Shown: positions 1-17,394 of the stretch, piece after piece
Layout: each line of letters begins with the position of its first letter
How positions within the stretch are numbered: the first letter of the stretch is position 1
From: Eledone cirrhosa
Taxonomy: Eukaryota
Reading direction: 5' to 3'
Assembly (NCBI GenBank): GCA_964016885.1
Contig: OZ024740.1
Coordinates: 166,098,001-166,162,000, forward strand
Length of the DNA stretch: 64,000 nt
Translations under genes and position numbers: made by a program
Notes under the pieces: generated by a model
The model's input: the letters and a program-made list of their open reading frames with translations, nothing else
Database searches by the model: none
What the model was told of the DNA's origin: nothing

Positions 1-235
1 TCTCTTTGCTTCATTGAATATAATTCACTATTGTGTCCATAGACCCTCTTTAATCAGTCGTAAAAATAACGAAAGATTAGAAAATAAAGACATACACACA
101 CATACATACAATATGTATTCTATTCGTTTTCTGGTTTCAGGTTTCAGGCATTAGACTGTGACCAGCTGAAAATGGACTCTAGTCGGTCATACCGATCCTA
201 AAACCTATACACGCACATACACATATTGACGTTCA

Positions 236-329
<94 letters not shown>

Positions 330-404
330 CATTTATATATATGTGTGTCTGTGTGTATGTGTGTGTGTAATACTTATATATTAACACGTCGTAAACGGAA
401 AATA

Positions 405-510
405 CGTCTGCTGGGCTGGCACTTTATTTCCTAAACACAAATGATGAAAGGCAAAGTTCAACAAGGTGGGATTTGAATTCAGAGACAGAACAAATACAAC
501 GAGGCATTCT
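405..510 (-). mobile_element. Degraded SINE-like interspersed repeat; related copy on + at about 1030-1110
   Basis: atgaaaggcaaagtt...gggatttgaa here matches the reverse-complement ttcaa...actttgtctttcatcc at 1048-1075; a B-box-like segment is present. Confidence 0.4.
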
Positions 511-639
511 TAATTGTAAAATACCATTTTGCTAGAATAGAAATTCTATCAGCCAGATGTAAATTCGGGCCCACTAAGCAGTTTTTACGTTGTTGATTAA
601 CATGCTAGAATTAGAATCCAATCACCCTCTAAATTAACA

Positions 640-834
640 CAGACCTGCCAACGTCTAAAAATCCCCAAATGGAACTACCATGAAGAGAGGTGCCCCAAAA
701 CAGGGAGAAAGTATGCAAAATGGGGAGATTTTACATAATGAAAACTTTACCCATTTTCACAAGAGAAGACATCTCTCACCCACCCAAAGTGGATGGGAGA
801 TCTCCCCGACCGACGGGTAAAGCTGACATGCCTG
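640..834. mobile_element. Non-autonomous hAT-like MITE with a 6-bp target-site duplication
   Basis: Imperfect TIRs CAGACCTGCCAAC and GCTGACATGCCTG, flanked on both sides by TTAACA (634-639 and 835-840). Confidence 0.65.
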
Positions 835-2180
835 TTAACATCCCCTGCATTCTTAAAAGATGAGGTCTTAAATACACAATGTCAGAAATATGGACGGAAT
901 GTCCAGAGACCTACGACTAAAGAGAAGTAATGAAGTAGACATTTCGGACTGTTCTGGTTATGTAAATCTAATGCTGATGTAAAGGCAGTTAATTAACAGA
1001 ACTCTTAGAAATTCAGTTAGAAGTCTTTGCAGTTCTCTGCACTCTGAATTCAATTCAACTTTGTCTTTCATCCTTTCAAGCTCGATAAATAAAATACCAG
1101 TTGTGTAATGTGATCAAACGTTCCTGTACGTTTCCTTCATACTATATACATATCCCGTCTTTCTCTCTTTCTGTCTCGATCTCCGCTATCTTTTTATTTC
1201 TCTAGAAAATATGGGTTGTGTTAAAACCTGGAGAGGTGCCTCCTACAACTCTACCAGGGGGTCAGGACAGCTTTCACCTTGACATACCGTACATACTATC
1301 TTCCAAAGACATAACAACATTTACAGGGCTAGCCATGATAACTAATAACACTAATGTAAACTATTCGAAAAAAAGCTAAAAACGAAAGCAAAATAATATT
1401 CTGTAATCATTAAACATTCCCAACTAACTTGATAAGAAACGGCAGCTATGACGTGTATATCCCAATCCAACTTCTGGACTGAATCACATTTCAACTAAGA
1501 ATCGTATTTAGTTTGATTACAAACCTCTAGTCAAAGCTCGAACTCTTCGTAGTTGGGTTGTTATTGACGTATGCAAATGGTACAGACACGTACACAACCC
1601 CCCTCCCCCCAACAAGGTACACATACATACGCTCTCTCGCCGTGTGTCTGTATCTCTGTCACTCTCTGTTTCCATCTCAATTTCTCTCTTCGTCACTATA
1701 TCTAGCTCTTATGTTCTCATTCATACAATTTAATTTCACGTAGATCTAGATATGTGCAGTTGTGCAGAGATAGATCCTGTGCTACCGTATCGTTTCAGAT
1801 AAGATATCGAAGATTGTGACGTCTGCTTTGACCATGCTACATGTCTAGCGATTTCGTAAAAAGATTGTCTGTCTCAGTTCCATTCTCACATCTAAACATT
1901 TCCCCAAATATCACTGTCAATTTCAAGTCTTCTTTGAAATAATTCGTCCTTCGACGTCTATCTTACACGCTCTTTATATCTATATTTATTTCTTACTCTG
2001 TTTATTTTTGGTTCATTTTTTCATTTTCCTGTTTTTAGCTTTTCTATAATTTTTCTTTCATTTTTCATCTTTCTTCATCTTTCTTCACTTTATCTTTTCT
2101 TATTCTCGCATCTCTATTTTAAACAGAGCAAGTTTATAATATTTCCATGAATGTATGTATGTATGCATGTATGTATGTAA

Positions 2181-2945
2181 GTTCTTCTGGTCTTATAATT
2201 TCACAAATTTTTGCCAATAGTGAGAGAGTCGTTTCTAACATAGATACAAGACTCTCTCATTGGCATTTACACAACATCAACTAGGTAGATATGTATGCAT
2301 GTGTGTGCAGGTATGGATGTTATTGTATGTGTGGATGTGAATGTTTTTAGTTTTATGTGTGCGTGTGCATACGCTTTGTATCTGTACATGTGTATATGCA
2401 GTTATTTATGCAACATTTTTGGAATATTTTACATATTTTTACTGTTCCATTAATGGATTGTACTTGTAATTTCCTAACTATTTGTGTTCTTTCTGTTTCT
2501 GTGAAGCACTGCTTCCCAAGATTTGTATTGAGGCAGTTAATAACATATCCCAGTTCCCCCATAAACATAGGCATAAATCTGAAGGTATAGTCAGGTTAGC
2601 GTATCTACAGATTTCTGCATAAATATTCTCCTTTTCGCTAACCTTTGATATTATATTGGCATCTGCTGGGCAGCTAACTTCCACTACTGTGCATGCCTTC
2701 TTTTCCCTGTCCCATATCATTATATCTTGTCTGTTATGCCTGCATTTTATTGGGGTTTTACTGGAACATTCCACCAGTACTCTTTCATATTATGTATATG
2801 TATGTCTTCCACATTGCCGTAGCTTTTATTGTGTTTATTATCGGGGCTATCTTTTCTACGGATTGCATTGTACAGTGTTTTGGCCCTAACATCATGCCTC
2901 ATAGGTAGATAGTACCGCGATGACATCTTTGGACAGCTATGTATG
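2181..2945 (-). mobile_element. 3' fragment of an R4/Dong-type non-LTR retrotransposon with a restriction-like endonuclease (RLE)
   Basis: Frameshifted peptides CPKMSSRYYLPMRHD (end of CCHC knuckle plus RHD), YWWNVPVK, HNR(Q)DIMIWDREKKACTVVEVSCP (degenerate PD-(D/E) motif), and PMFMGELG; the 3' UTR ends at (CATA)n. Confidence 0.8.
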
Positions 2946-3004
2946 TATGAATATGCGAAGACTTGCAAATAATCGTTTTGGTACCTGAGCACACAGTTAG
3001 TCCA

Positions 3005-3220
3005 CCGAGAGTGAGAGACCCCTGGTCCTTGTTAGGACATTTTATGAGAAGAGTAACCCTGATGTAAAGCCTGTGACACGATGGCAGCCAATGATGTTGA
3101 CCTACTCTTTTTTTTTTGTTTTGATAACTATCATCGATGTTCAATGAATGGGACTGGTTCAGTACAATATTTTTCTTCCCTTAAAAGAAGCTTCAAGCAC
3201 AGGCATCACTTCATCTAAAC
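3005..3220 (+). mobile_element. Diverged fragment related to the short RTE-derived element at 59808-60407
   Basis: Collinear matches to 60000-60200: gacccc, gagaag, ctgat, ccaatgatgttgac, tgggactgg, aagcttca, gcacaggcat. Confidence 0.6.
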
Positions 3221-3894
3221 GTCTTACACGCGTGTTGCTTCAGCTTGGCTTGCCGTAGCCAGAAAAGCGCAATTGTGATTTAGAATACGGGAAAATGAAA
3301 TATTTGAAGTCAATTAAAAGAAGCCAAAGGCAATATTGTACATCGCACTATTTCTTACACTGTTTGGTTTACAATATTTTCTTCCGGAGTTCGAAGTTTT
3401 AAACGTTATGCTTTAAGATTTTCGAGAAAAAGATCGTCGAAAATCCTAATGTATTTAAGCTTAACTCTAACCTACAACCTAACAATTCACTTAAACTTTA
3501 ATCAAACACCTACAACACACGTGTTATCCTTAAATACTAATCCCAAACATATACATGTATAATTGGCGGTAGCACAAAGACAAAGTGTAAGCATCATAGA
3601 AGTGTATATGAAAACATATATAATATATTTACATACAATAAACTTATAGATAGTCTCGCTGTCAAAAAAATAATTTTGGAACGAAAGCAAATATTATTTG
3701 GTATATGCCAATGAACATCACTAGAAAATGATCATCACGCACAATTGTATATAGATTATATTCTATTTCATATCAGTACCGGTGAAAAATTAACAAATCT
3801 TGAAATAGCGGTGTATGCCATTCTCGAAAATACACAAAACGAATTTCTTTTCTCGTTATAAAAAAAATTGTTTTGCCCGAGAGGCTACCCATAT

Positions 3895-3925
<31 letters not shown>

Positions 3926-3927
3926 GG

Positions 3928-4033
3928 AACAAGTAAGACCCCGACGGCTGAGCTCAAGCCGTTTCGACGGCTAATTCAGTCCAGAATTAGCCGTCGAAAC
4001 GGCTTGAGCTCAGCCGTCGGGGTCTTACTTGTT
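3928..4033. repeat. Perfect inverted repeat with 50-bp arms and a 6-nt loop, built from the 3' half of a hammerhead ribozyme
   Basis: 3928-3977 is the exact reverse complement of 3984-4033. The right arm reads GAA-ACGGCT-tgagctc-AGCCGT-C. Confidence 0.9.
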
Positions 4034-4102
4034 TCTATTACCCACAGTATTGAGTACTTTGGTGCGTTATGGTCCACCTGGTTTCTTACCACATTTCCTT
4101 CG

Positions 4103-4150
<48 letters not shown>

Positions 4151-5506
4151 GTGTGTGTGTGTTTGTGGTTTCGTGTCTATCATATGGCATGTACTTATAG
4201 CACATACGGTCATTATCTGTGCTGGTGTCTATAAATATACTCATGTCTGTGTTTCATCCCTGTGTGTAGATTGATGCGCAGGAGCGTGTATGCATGTATG
4301 TGTAAAGTGACATTTTTTAATACAACGTTTTAATAATTAACAATAATCAATTACATTTCTTTATTTTCCTTTTAAGTGTAATTTCTAATCTGAAAACAGT
4401 GATATTATATAGCTAACACTAATATTTCTTATTTACTGCCCATGAAGATGCACGTCTATATGCATACGAATGTGATGTGAGAGCAACATTTGGAAATATT
4501 CAATTATGTCAATGTACACAAGTATGTGTGTGCATAAGTGAACGAGAAAAAAAAACCTGTCTTCAGTTAAATTATTAAAAAACAAAAGCTAAGATCTCTA
4601 TTACTCTCAAAGTAATAAATAAAAGCAAAACAATGAATAATGCAATTCTATATAAAATATGTCCGGAAAAGATTAGGGTGAAGTATTCATGATTAGAATG
4701 CCTTTAGTCAAGAATGATCATGTATTTAAAATATCATTGATAATTCTGATAAATAAACGTTGTTCTGAGACTACAGCCCGACCACAACGGCAATATATTT
4801 ATACAGCTATACCTCTAATCAGCACGAAACAGAAAAAGAAGGAAAGTGTGTGTGAGAGAGAGAGAGAGAGAGAAGAAGGTTAACAGACTGGAGTGAGAGA
4901 TAAAAACGTGTGTTTGTATATATCTATATATAGATACTAATGTGTTCACTGAGAGTGTATTCCTGTAAGAGAGTAGACGAAGAGTGAGATATAATTAAAC
5001 ATAAAATTCTAGTGTATTACCAAATAATTAACTTAATACGTTGTAAATTATGTTCTTTTATTATTTATGTAAACTAAATGGACGGCAATTGACTTTACAC
5101 AATCTTGTAAAATTAGGTTTGTAACAGTTATATAATCAATAATCTCTATACAAAATAGCATGCTGCTAAATGAGGACAAATCGTTAAAAGTCAATAAATT
5201 CTATGCTAACTGATACGAGGCTTAATGGAGATAAATCGTTAAGTTTACGGTGAATGTCGCAAATTTTTAAAAGGTTATGGATATGCCAGTGATGTAAAAC
5301 CATTTCTGGACTTCGTTTTCACAAGCGTTTGATAAGGCTTGCCAAATTTAAACACCGTCATTTGTCGAGGAAAGATGTGAGTTCAAATAAACACTTGTTG
5401 GTGTTACTTTGTTCCTTACCACACCTCCTTCATTATATATATATGTGTATGTGTGTGCGAATAAAAATTGTTATCTCTGATCGAGACGAAACGGGGGTAT
5501 ATTTGA

Positions 5507-5930
5507 ATTCATAGAAAAATGAGAAAACTCATCGCTAGAATATCTGTTAAAGCAATCAAATGCTATCAATAACAACGATGGACAAAAATGCCTCAGAGAT
5601 CAGCGGGCAATCGTTGAAACAGAGACAATCCATGAGGTGGGTGACAGGTAGATGAAATATAGAAAAAAATTAGAGAGGAGGAGGACAAGGAGAAGTGTGT
5701 TGACGCAAAAAAAGAGACTGGAAGGCGACGTATAAGACAATTTCTCTCATACACACATTTTCATCCTCACCAGGTCTCAAACCAACAAAATGGTTTGCAC
5801 GATTTAATTAAGAGTAGCATTGGCCGCTGGTCACTGTCCTCTGAGGCATTTTTGCCCATCGCTGTCATTGACAGCATTTGGCTGTTTTAACAACTGTTCT
5901 AGTCATGTATTTTCTCATTTGTCTTTGAAT
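5507..5930. mobile_element. Fold-back element with about 105-bp diverged inverted repeats
   Basis: 5507-5611 (aaatgagaaaa...caaatgct...cgatgg..aaaaatgcctcagag) pairs with 5819-5930 in reverse complement. Confidence 0.7.
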
Positions 5931-6202
5931 ATATATATGTATAGATACATTTGTGTTGTGTGAGTATGCATGAGTTTGCGAGTGCGCGCTTATAGTTGAA
6001 CCTATGTATTTACAAATGTGATTAAAGTAGTTAATACATCGCAGATTGTGTATACTTTATGAGAAACTGGAGTATATATTCAATACAATATTTGAGATCA
6101 TCTTCCCGATTTGTATATATCAAATTCTAAAATCTAATAACATGTAATACGTTAATATTTGTCGTCCTCATATCATATATAATTTTCTTTTAATCTTTGC
6201 AG

Positions 6203-6350
6203 ACCACTCCTGGATTTCGGATCAACAAAAAATTGGGAACTTTATACATCGCCAATGCCCAAGCCGAGGATAGTGGCAGCTATGCATGCGTCGCCAATAC
6301 TACAGGGCAACCTCTAGTAGTCTCCAGTCGAGCATATTTAACTGTAAAAA
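6203..6350 (+). CDS. PTK7: PTK7/off-track-like exon (C-terminal half of an Ig domain); first exon visible in the window, upstream exons lie outside
   Basis: Acceptor tttgcag|ACC; [49 protein letters not shown] contains the Ig DxGxYxC motif; donor A|gtaagt (phase 1). Confidence 0.9.
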
Positions 6351-6511
6351 GTAAGTGGATGTTTTTTTTTTGTGTTAACATTCAGCAACATATGTACATA
6401 CACACTCATACACTTACATACATATATATATATATTTATATCTGTGTGTGTGTATATATGTATAGACATATTTTAATTTATATATGCATACACGCACACA
6501 CAGACACATAC

Positions 6512-6616
<105 letters not shown>

Positions 6617-8153
6617 TGTATAAACCTGACCCCAGCGGTAAGTGGTTTCCGTTTGTATGTCCTGCACCCAAGCGTCAGTTTTATCATGTTTAACCATGAA
6701 AAAATAAAGCGAGATGTCATAGTTAATCTATCATTTTTCGCTCATTTCAGTGCACAAAAATATATCGAGGTGTATACTAATCAGTAGCCCTTGTACAACT
6801 TCTTACCATTGGCCTCTAAAATACAGAACCATCGCCCTCTATCCTCAGAAACAATGTTTGTGAGAATAGACGGCAGAATGGATACTTAACAAAATAAGAG
6901 GGGGAGCCGCGTAACTCACAGATAATATTGCAATATTTGCAACAGGTACCAAGCACCGTTGTCATTGGCCGTCTAAATAAGTTTACACAGTTTCAACCAT
7001 ACATCCTCAGCCAAAGAAATCAGATAGTGCCATTGAATTAATAAGACGAAAACAAAACAAATCTTACGTGTATAGAATTAAATGTACGACATTTAATTCG
7101 TACGATACGTGACAAAGCGATTCAGACGAAAACACACTAGCTTTTTCTTTCGTTCTTTTCACTATATATCGATTTTTAGTTAACGAAATCTATAGAATAT
7201 ATGTCACTATCATTAAAATGCGGCCTTGTTCTTTCTTATCTGATGAGATGTCAGCTTACGCTTCGAAAAGTAAATTTATGTAACGGATTAAGATAATATG
7301 AATACCTGCTTCGTATAATATTTTTGAGAAACTTCCATTTCGTTATATTTCTCTTAATTTTGTTGAGGATATTCCGGAAAAAATAATTTACGTTTTGACA
7401 AGTTGAGGTTTGGGTGTGGGGCATATTGATATCTATTATGAAAATGTATGTTGTGTATTGAGGAGGCTTTGTGAATAAATTCGACTCCTAGTTGTTTTTT
7501 TAGCAAAACAAGCTCCAGTCTATTCAGATGAAAGAAAATGAGGTGTATGTGTCATTGAAAAAGCTAAATTTTTCAATCATTGTGTCATGCTGAATTTCTC
7601 TGAGAATTACATTAAGGGTACGCGTGTATATTGAATGCTCAAACAGTTGTACTTGAATTTTATGAGCAGGATGTTCAGTTAATCAAACAACGGGATGATT
7701 CGTCTTTGAAACCGACGTTGGTGCAATACACACGCTTGATATATCAATATTTGGAAAAATAGAGTGTTATTTTAAATCATAGTTTTAAAGCTTCGAAGTG
7801 CAAAGGAATTATTTTCCTCTCGGGTTCCAGTATAAATGATAGGATCAGGCAAAAAATTCCTTACATTTGGAATGAATCTTATCCTCGTAGACTCACTTCA
7901 CTGAAAGATTAACAGTTGATGAAAAAAGAATTGTGATTATCAAATTGTATATATTTAAATTATTTATGTATATATGTGTCTACTATACACGTGTTTGGCT
8001 AGCTAGGTGGGTTTGGCTCATTTCTTTATCGTTATTGACGCGCACTTAGATACACAATTGCACCAATATACATATGTGTGAGTTTGTGTATGTGTGTTTT
8101 ACTTTCTCTCGCTCCCCCTCTATCTTATATATATATATGTATATATATATAAA

Positions 8154-8222
8154 CAGGGTGCCCCAAAAATGTATACATACTTCAACAGCATTTTAATCAC
8201 AGTGTATTTTTTGGGGATACCC

Positions 8223-8225
<3 letters not shown>
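8154..8225. mobile_element. Tiny Tc1/mariner-type MITE remnant within a (TA)n tract
   Basis: TIR-like ends CAGGGTGCCCCAAAAA and TTTTTGGGGATACCCT, with TA-repeat flanks. Confidence 0.6.
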
Positions 8226-8284
<59 letters not shown>

Positions 8285-9245
8285 ATATTCTAGTATTTTA
8301 GACGTCATTTTAACTCTATATAGAGTATTATAGAATGGCATCACTCACGCACGTATGCACGAACACACATAGATTAAATATTACGAACGTGATAATTTTA
8401 GGTGTCATCTTTGTCAGTTTTCTAATGAACATTTGTTTCAAGAAGCCTATTATAATAATTGCATTTGTTTTTTTCTTAAAACTGTATTATATATCTCTAT
8501 ATAAGTATATCTATATATTTGAACGCATGTGTAGTGTTGACACCTATTCATATATGCATACGCACACGTGCGCGCATACGCTACGCAGGCAGGCGTGTAC
8601 ACACTAAAACACACACGCATAGGTATATACACATACAAAAACCTTTGCAAGACACACAATCGCGCGAACAGATTTATTGATGTCAGTGCTTATTCCATGA
8701 TCGACATGGAAATATATCGCTGTAAGAATGCACGTGTATATATGTGAGTTCGTGTTATGTATATATACACACATACGCCATACACATATATATAATGCTA
8801 TATATATATAATGCTATATATATATATATATATATATAGTGATGTATATATAATGCTCTGCAATATACTATATGTGTGCGTGTCTGCCTCTGTGTGAACA
8901 TTTTATATGCTACGAAAAACGATGATAGAAATAGAGACTAGAAAGTAGGGAGAAGAAGGAGAGAGGGATATATTAAATTGGTGTCTGTAGGCTATGTTTA
9001 GAATATTTATTTTGGCTTAGTGTCAGAAATGCTTGCCAATCCTTGATTTACGTTTTTCAGTTTTCAGCAATTTTTGGTCCTTGTAATAGGAAGTGGTGCC
9101 TAAAAAGATAGATCATTGAAATTTTTATATATGTATACGTACATATATATATACGAGATTGCTTAACACACAGACACACTCGCAGACAAACACACACACA
9201 AACACACTCGCAGACAAACACACACGCACGTCTGTATATATATAT

Positions 9246-9277
<32 letters not shown>

Positions 9278-9412
9278 TTATATATGTGTGTGTGTGTATT
9301 AGCTAAAACATCAGAAACGAAGTAAAACAGAGTATGCATATATATATATATTTATATATATATATACAAACCCATGCAAGCGTGGAAGATGGACGTTAAA
9401 CGATGATGATGA

Positions 9413-9460
<48 letters not shown>

Positions 9461-9787
9461 AGAGCTACGGAGCACTCGCATATCAATTCGCTGACCTCGA
9501 TTTCGATTTTCATTTTCTTATTCCCATATGAATATGACTGTTATAAAATATATGATTATTATAATTTTGTATTTAACTAACATTGTGTGCGTCATGTGTG
9601 TTTATTTAATAATATGCACGTTAGTCTGACGAAATTTTCACACGTTAAATGAAAATATATTTTATATCGACTCAATATACATATTAAGAAAATGATAATT
9701 CTGTTTATTTCTTTGCTTTTATTATGTGTATTATGTTACCTACAATAATCCAAAATACTGTAATGCCATATGCATTTTGTTTTTCAG

Positions 9788-10054
9788 AAAAATTACGTTT
9801 TAGCCCGGCACCAGAAGATCATAGACTTGAGCTGAGTTTTGAATCAACAATAGAATGTAAAGCTGAAGCAGAGACGCGCCCAGCGATTACATGGCTAAAG
9901 GATGGGCGTGAGCAATTCCCTACACATGTCAGCCAAGACAAAGGAGTTCTTTACTTTCACGGCGTGCGCAAGTCTGATGCAGGGTATTACACTTGTATAG
10001 CAGTTAGTGAGCGCCAAGGTATCATAAATGCCACAATAACAGTGGAAGTTGTCG
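9788..10054 (+). CDS. PTK7: PTK7-like exon, one complete Ig domain
   Basis: ttttcag|AA acceptor continues phase 1; KLRFSPAPE...IECKA...ITWLKDG...DAGYYTCIA...ATITVEVV; donor G|gtaaga. Confidence 0.92.
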
Positions 10055-11450
10055 GTAAGAGACATTTAAACATTTCATCTCAAGCTTTGATTTGATTTAT
10101 CACTTCACTTAAATTCAAGTTTTAATTAAATTTTATTAATAACCTTAAATGACATAAATCCACATTCGTCCTTCCCCGACGAAAAACAATACAAACCCAA
10201 CTCCTCTTAAAATGCCACTCGGAGAAAAATAAATGACATTAATTCTATGAGGCATACACTGTCTCATCCGGTGCTGTGATTTGAACTTGTCATATGTAAA
10301 AAGAAATTCAAGAAATTGGTTTAAGTTGACAGCTTTGAAATTAATAGTTATCAATGACATCTTTCGGATTTTGTCAAGTCAAGCAATATTGTTTCATTTC
10401 CCAAAAGATGTTCAGTTTGTCACTAATTCTTAATGTTGTGAACGAGTTAACCTTCATTGAAATATTTCTTATTTCCATGGGTGGTAGATAAAAGGAATTG
10501 AATCCTTAAATAAGTAGGTTTTAATCTGTCTCCAGAGAAAATAACTGATTCTATCTATGTCTTATAAAATAGACCAGTTTTCGGTTAATAATGATTTGGG
10601 GTTCTTAATAGATTTCTGGTGTAGTTCTGAGTGAAATAACCGATAAGCCAAACGGTAAGCCAAGAGATTCCTACGTTATTGCACCGTTATACTCGGAAGT
10701 ATTAATATATATATATATATATATATCGTGCCTGCTGTGCTGAGACCGGGGAGACCACTAATCATGGGAGTACTCAATGCACGGGGGTATCAGAGTGGGT
10801 ATGAATGTAACATTGTTGTTTTAGAAATAATTTCCAAAACTAATTCTGTTATTGTAGTTGTTGCTTTTGTTAATGTCTAACCTGAAGTTAGTCCTGCTAT
10901 TGCGAGCCCATGATCAAACGCATTCATGCCCATAACACAACCCTGTCTTTTTGTCTCCAGAAGCAACATCTTAATATATAATTCAAATTTTAAAAGGTAG
11001 CATATGATTAGCGGCACATTTGGCTGCTCTTTCTCCCACGTTGAAAGCTCACGTAAAGGATCGCTCGTTGACTTGTTATGGCTGCTACTGAAATATTGCT
11101 GTCGAGGATTTTTTATGAAACATAATTTTTACGAATACAAAGAGCACTAAGAGATATGTTTCCAAAAACAAACGGATGTTGAGTGTTCCTATATATGTTT
11201 CCAGTTGAAAGAAAACCAGTTGTTGAAACGATGTCAGCTGGGGAGATATTAAGCTATTTCGGAGTTATCTGATACAACACTATAAATTTGCAATGTCGAT
11301 TCTTCTGACCGAAATACTAAATTGTACTAAAATGATATGGACTCTTTAAAAGTAACTGGCTCTTCAACATTTGTGAAACACATGCTCCTATTAAAAATTC
11401 ATCAAATCCGTAGGATTGTAGAGGTGGAAGCACTCCGAATACACACACAC

Positions 11451-11490
<40 letters not shown>

Positions 11491-12034
11491 TGTGTGTGTG
11501 TGTGTATGTAGACTCAAAGAGCACATATATTTATATATGTGTGCCTGTATACATATCTTGTGATTTTGCGCTTGTGTATTCATTCCAGTGCACATATGTT
11601 AGTAGTATAAGATGACTTTATGGGAATAAACACATCTAAATTACTCAGTATTTAATTGCTTAGAACTGTGTGGAAAAATATTTTGATGGCATGGCACACA
11701 CGAAGACAGACACACACACATACATATGTATATTTACACACACACACAAATATATATATATATACATATGCACACACACACACATATGTGTGTGTGTGTG
11801 TGAGTGCATGAGTGTGTCGAAACTCCATCGGTTCCGGTTGTGAGACCCAGGTGTTTCGTTAATTCCCTAGCATGCTCAATAATTTAACCAGCTAATGAGT
11901 AAGCATTCCACGTGTTCCATTAACATATTTCCCAATTAGATTCAGAATGGAAGCGAGTGACATGACATAATATCTTACCGGGAATCGAACACCTTAACCA
12001 CTAAGCTATGTGCCTTTCCAAAATACATGCACAC

Positions 12035-12084
<50 letters not shown>

Positions 12085-12093
12085 ACACATATG

Positions 12094-12124
<31 letters not shown>

Positions 12125-12125
12125 G

Positions 12126-12158
<33 letters not shown>

Positions 12159-12195
12159 GTATGTATATATGTATATATATATATGTATATGTATG

Positions 12196-12483
12196 TATTG
12201 TTATACTTTGGGAGGGTCATGTTGCCAATAAGAAACACACGCACCAGTTGTTTCACTTCAATTTAATTTATTATATATTTATAAATTTACAAATTTATAA
12301 ATTTCTGGTTGGTTGGTTGGTTCCACAACCAGATAGTTGTTTATATATATATAGTCATAGTTCTTTCGTCACACACTCTGTGACCTCTTCAGTGACTGGG
12401 GATTTCTTTCTTCGTTTCTGTGCCTTTCTTTTCTTCTATCCTACGCCATTTTGACAACATGACCCTCCCAAAGTATAACAATA
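12196..12483. mobile_element. Short element with 29-bp perfect terminal inverted repeats enclosing a hammerhead (probably a PLE pseudo-LTR derivative)
   Basis: 12196-12224 TATTGTTATACTTTGGGAGGGTCATGTTG is the reverse complement of 12455-12483; embedded in AT microsatellite. Confidence 0.7.
12353..12397 (-). ncRNA. Minimal type I hammerhead ribozyme
   Basis: Minus strand AGTCA-CTGAAGA-G-GTCACA gagtg TGTGAC-GAAA-GAAC-TA-TGACT: 5-bp stem I, 6-bp stem II, minimal stem III, CUA cleavage triplet. Confidence 0.8.
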
Positions 12484-12538
12484 TCGGTTTCAACACACGA
12501 TTTCAGATAAAGAATCTTGCTAAACAAATTCAGAAACG

Positions 12539-16834
<4,296 letters not shown>

Positions 16835-16835
<1 letters not shown>

Positions 16836-16957
16836 TGATTTCTCAAGAATGAAACAGTTCTAGCCCATGTAGAATCTCATTTATATTAAAACTTTCATAC
16901 TCTGCTATGTATTGAGTACCTTACTTACTGGGTTACCTCCGATTCAACCCGGAATAA

Positions 16958-16960
<3 letters not shown>
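16835..16960 (+). mobile_element. PLE-type terminal fragment with a truncated hammerhead
   Basis: ATGA-TTTC tcaa GAAT-GAAA-cagttcta is similar to 26695-26740; TGAGTACC at 16913; ends in (TA)n. Confidence 0.5.
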
Positions 16961-16987
<27 letters not shown>

Positions 16988-16992
<5 letters not shown>

Positions 16993-17277
16993 ATAAAAAT
17001 AAATTTGAAGACTAAAATTCCAAAGAGGGCTCGATAAGGATAAATATATATCAAATAAGAACCGTATAGCAAATATTTATTAAAATTACAGATTAAAGTT
17101 TAAGCAAAGAATATATATATATATATATAGTAATAATAATAAATTTGAAGACTAGAATCCAAACAGGGCTCGATAAGCAAAATATATATATCAAATACAC
17201 CCTAGAGCAAATATTTCAGAAGATCCCGTTAAGGGAGAAAGCAGGATTTTTTGCTTAAACTTTAATCTGTTATTTTA

Positions 17278-17285
<8 letters not shown>
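16988..17285. repeat. About 90-bp diverged direct repeat plus about 40-bp inverted repeat between TA tracts
   Basis: 16988-17078 resembles 17128-17216; 17073-17112 is inverted at 17246-17285. Confidence 0.75.
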
Positions 17286-17319
<34 letters not shown>

Positions 17320-17394
17320 GGTATATTTTGAGTTAGAAACTGAAAATAGTCTCTTACAACAAAATAGCTCTCTCTCTATATATATATATATGTG

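Noticed and set aside
7240-7300. CTGATGA...GAAA hammerhead-like spacing
   Set aside because: Stems I, II and III cannot be formed convincingly.
9459-9520. Seventh GAGTGCT box next to (TA)n
   Set aside because: It is only about 12 nt from the tract and has no clear hammerhead, so it was not counted in the module.
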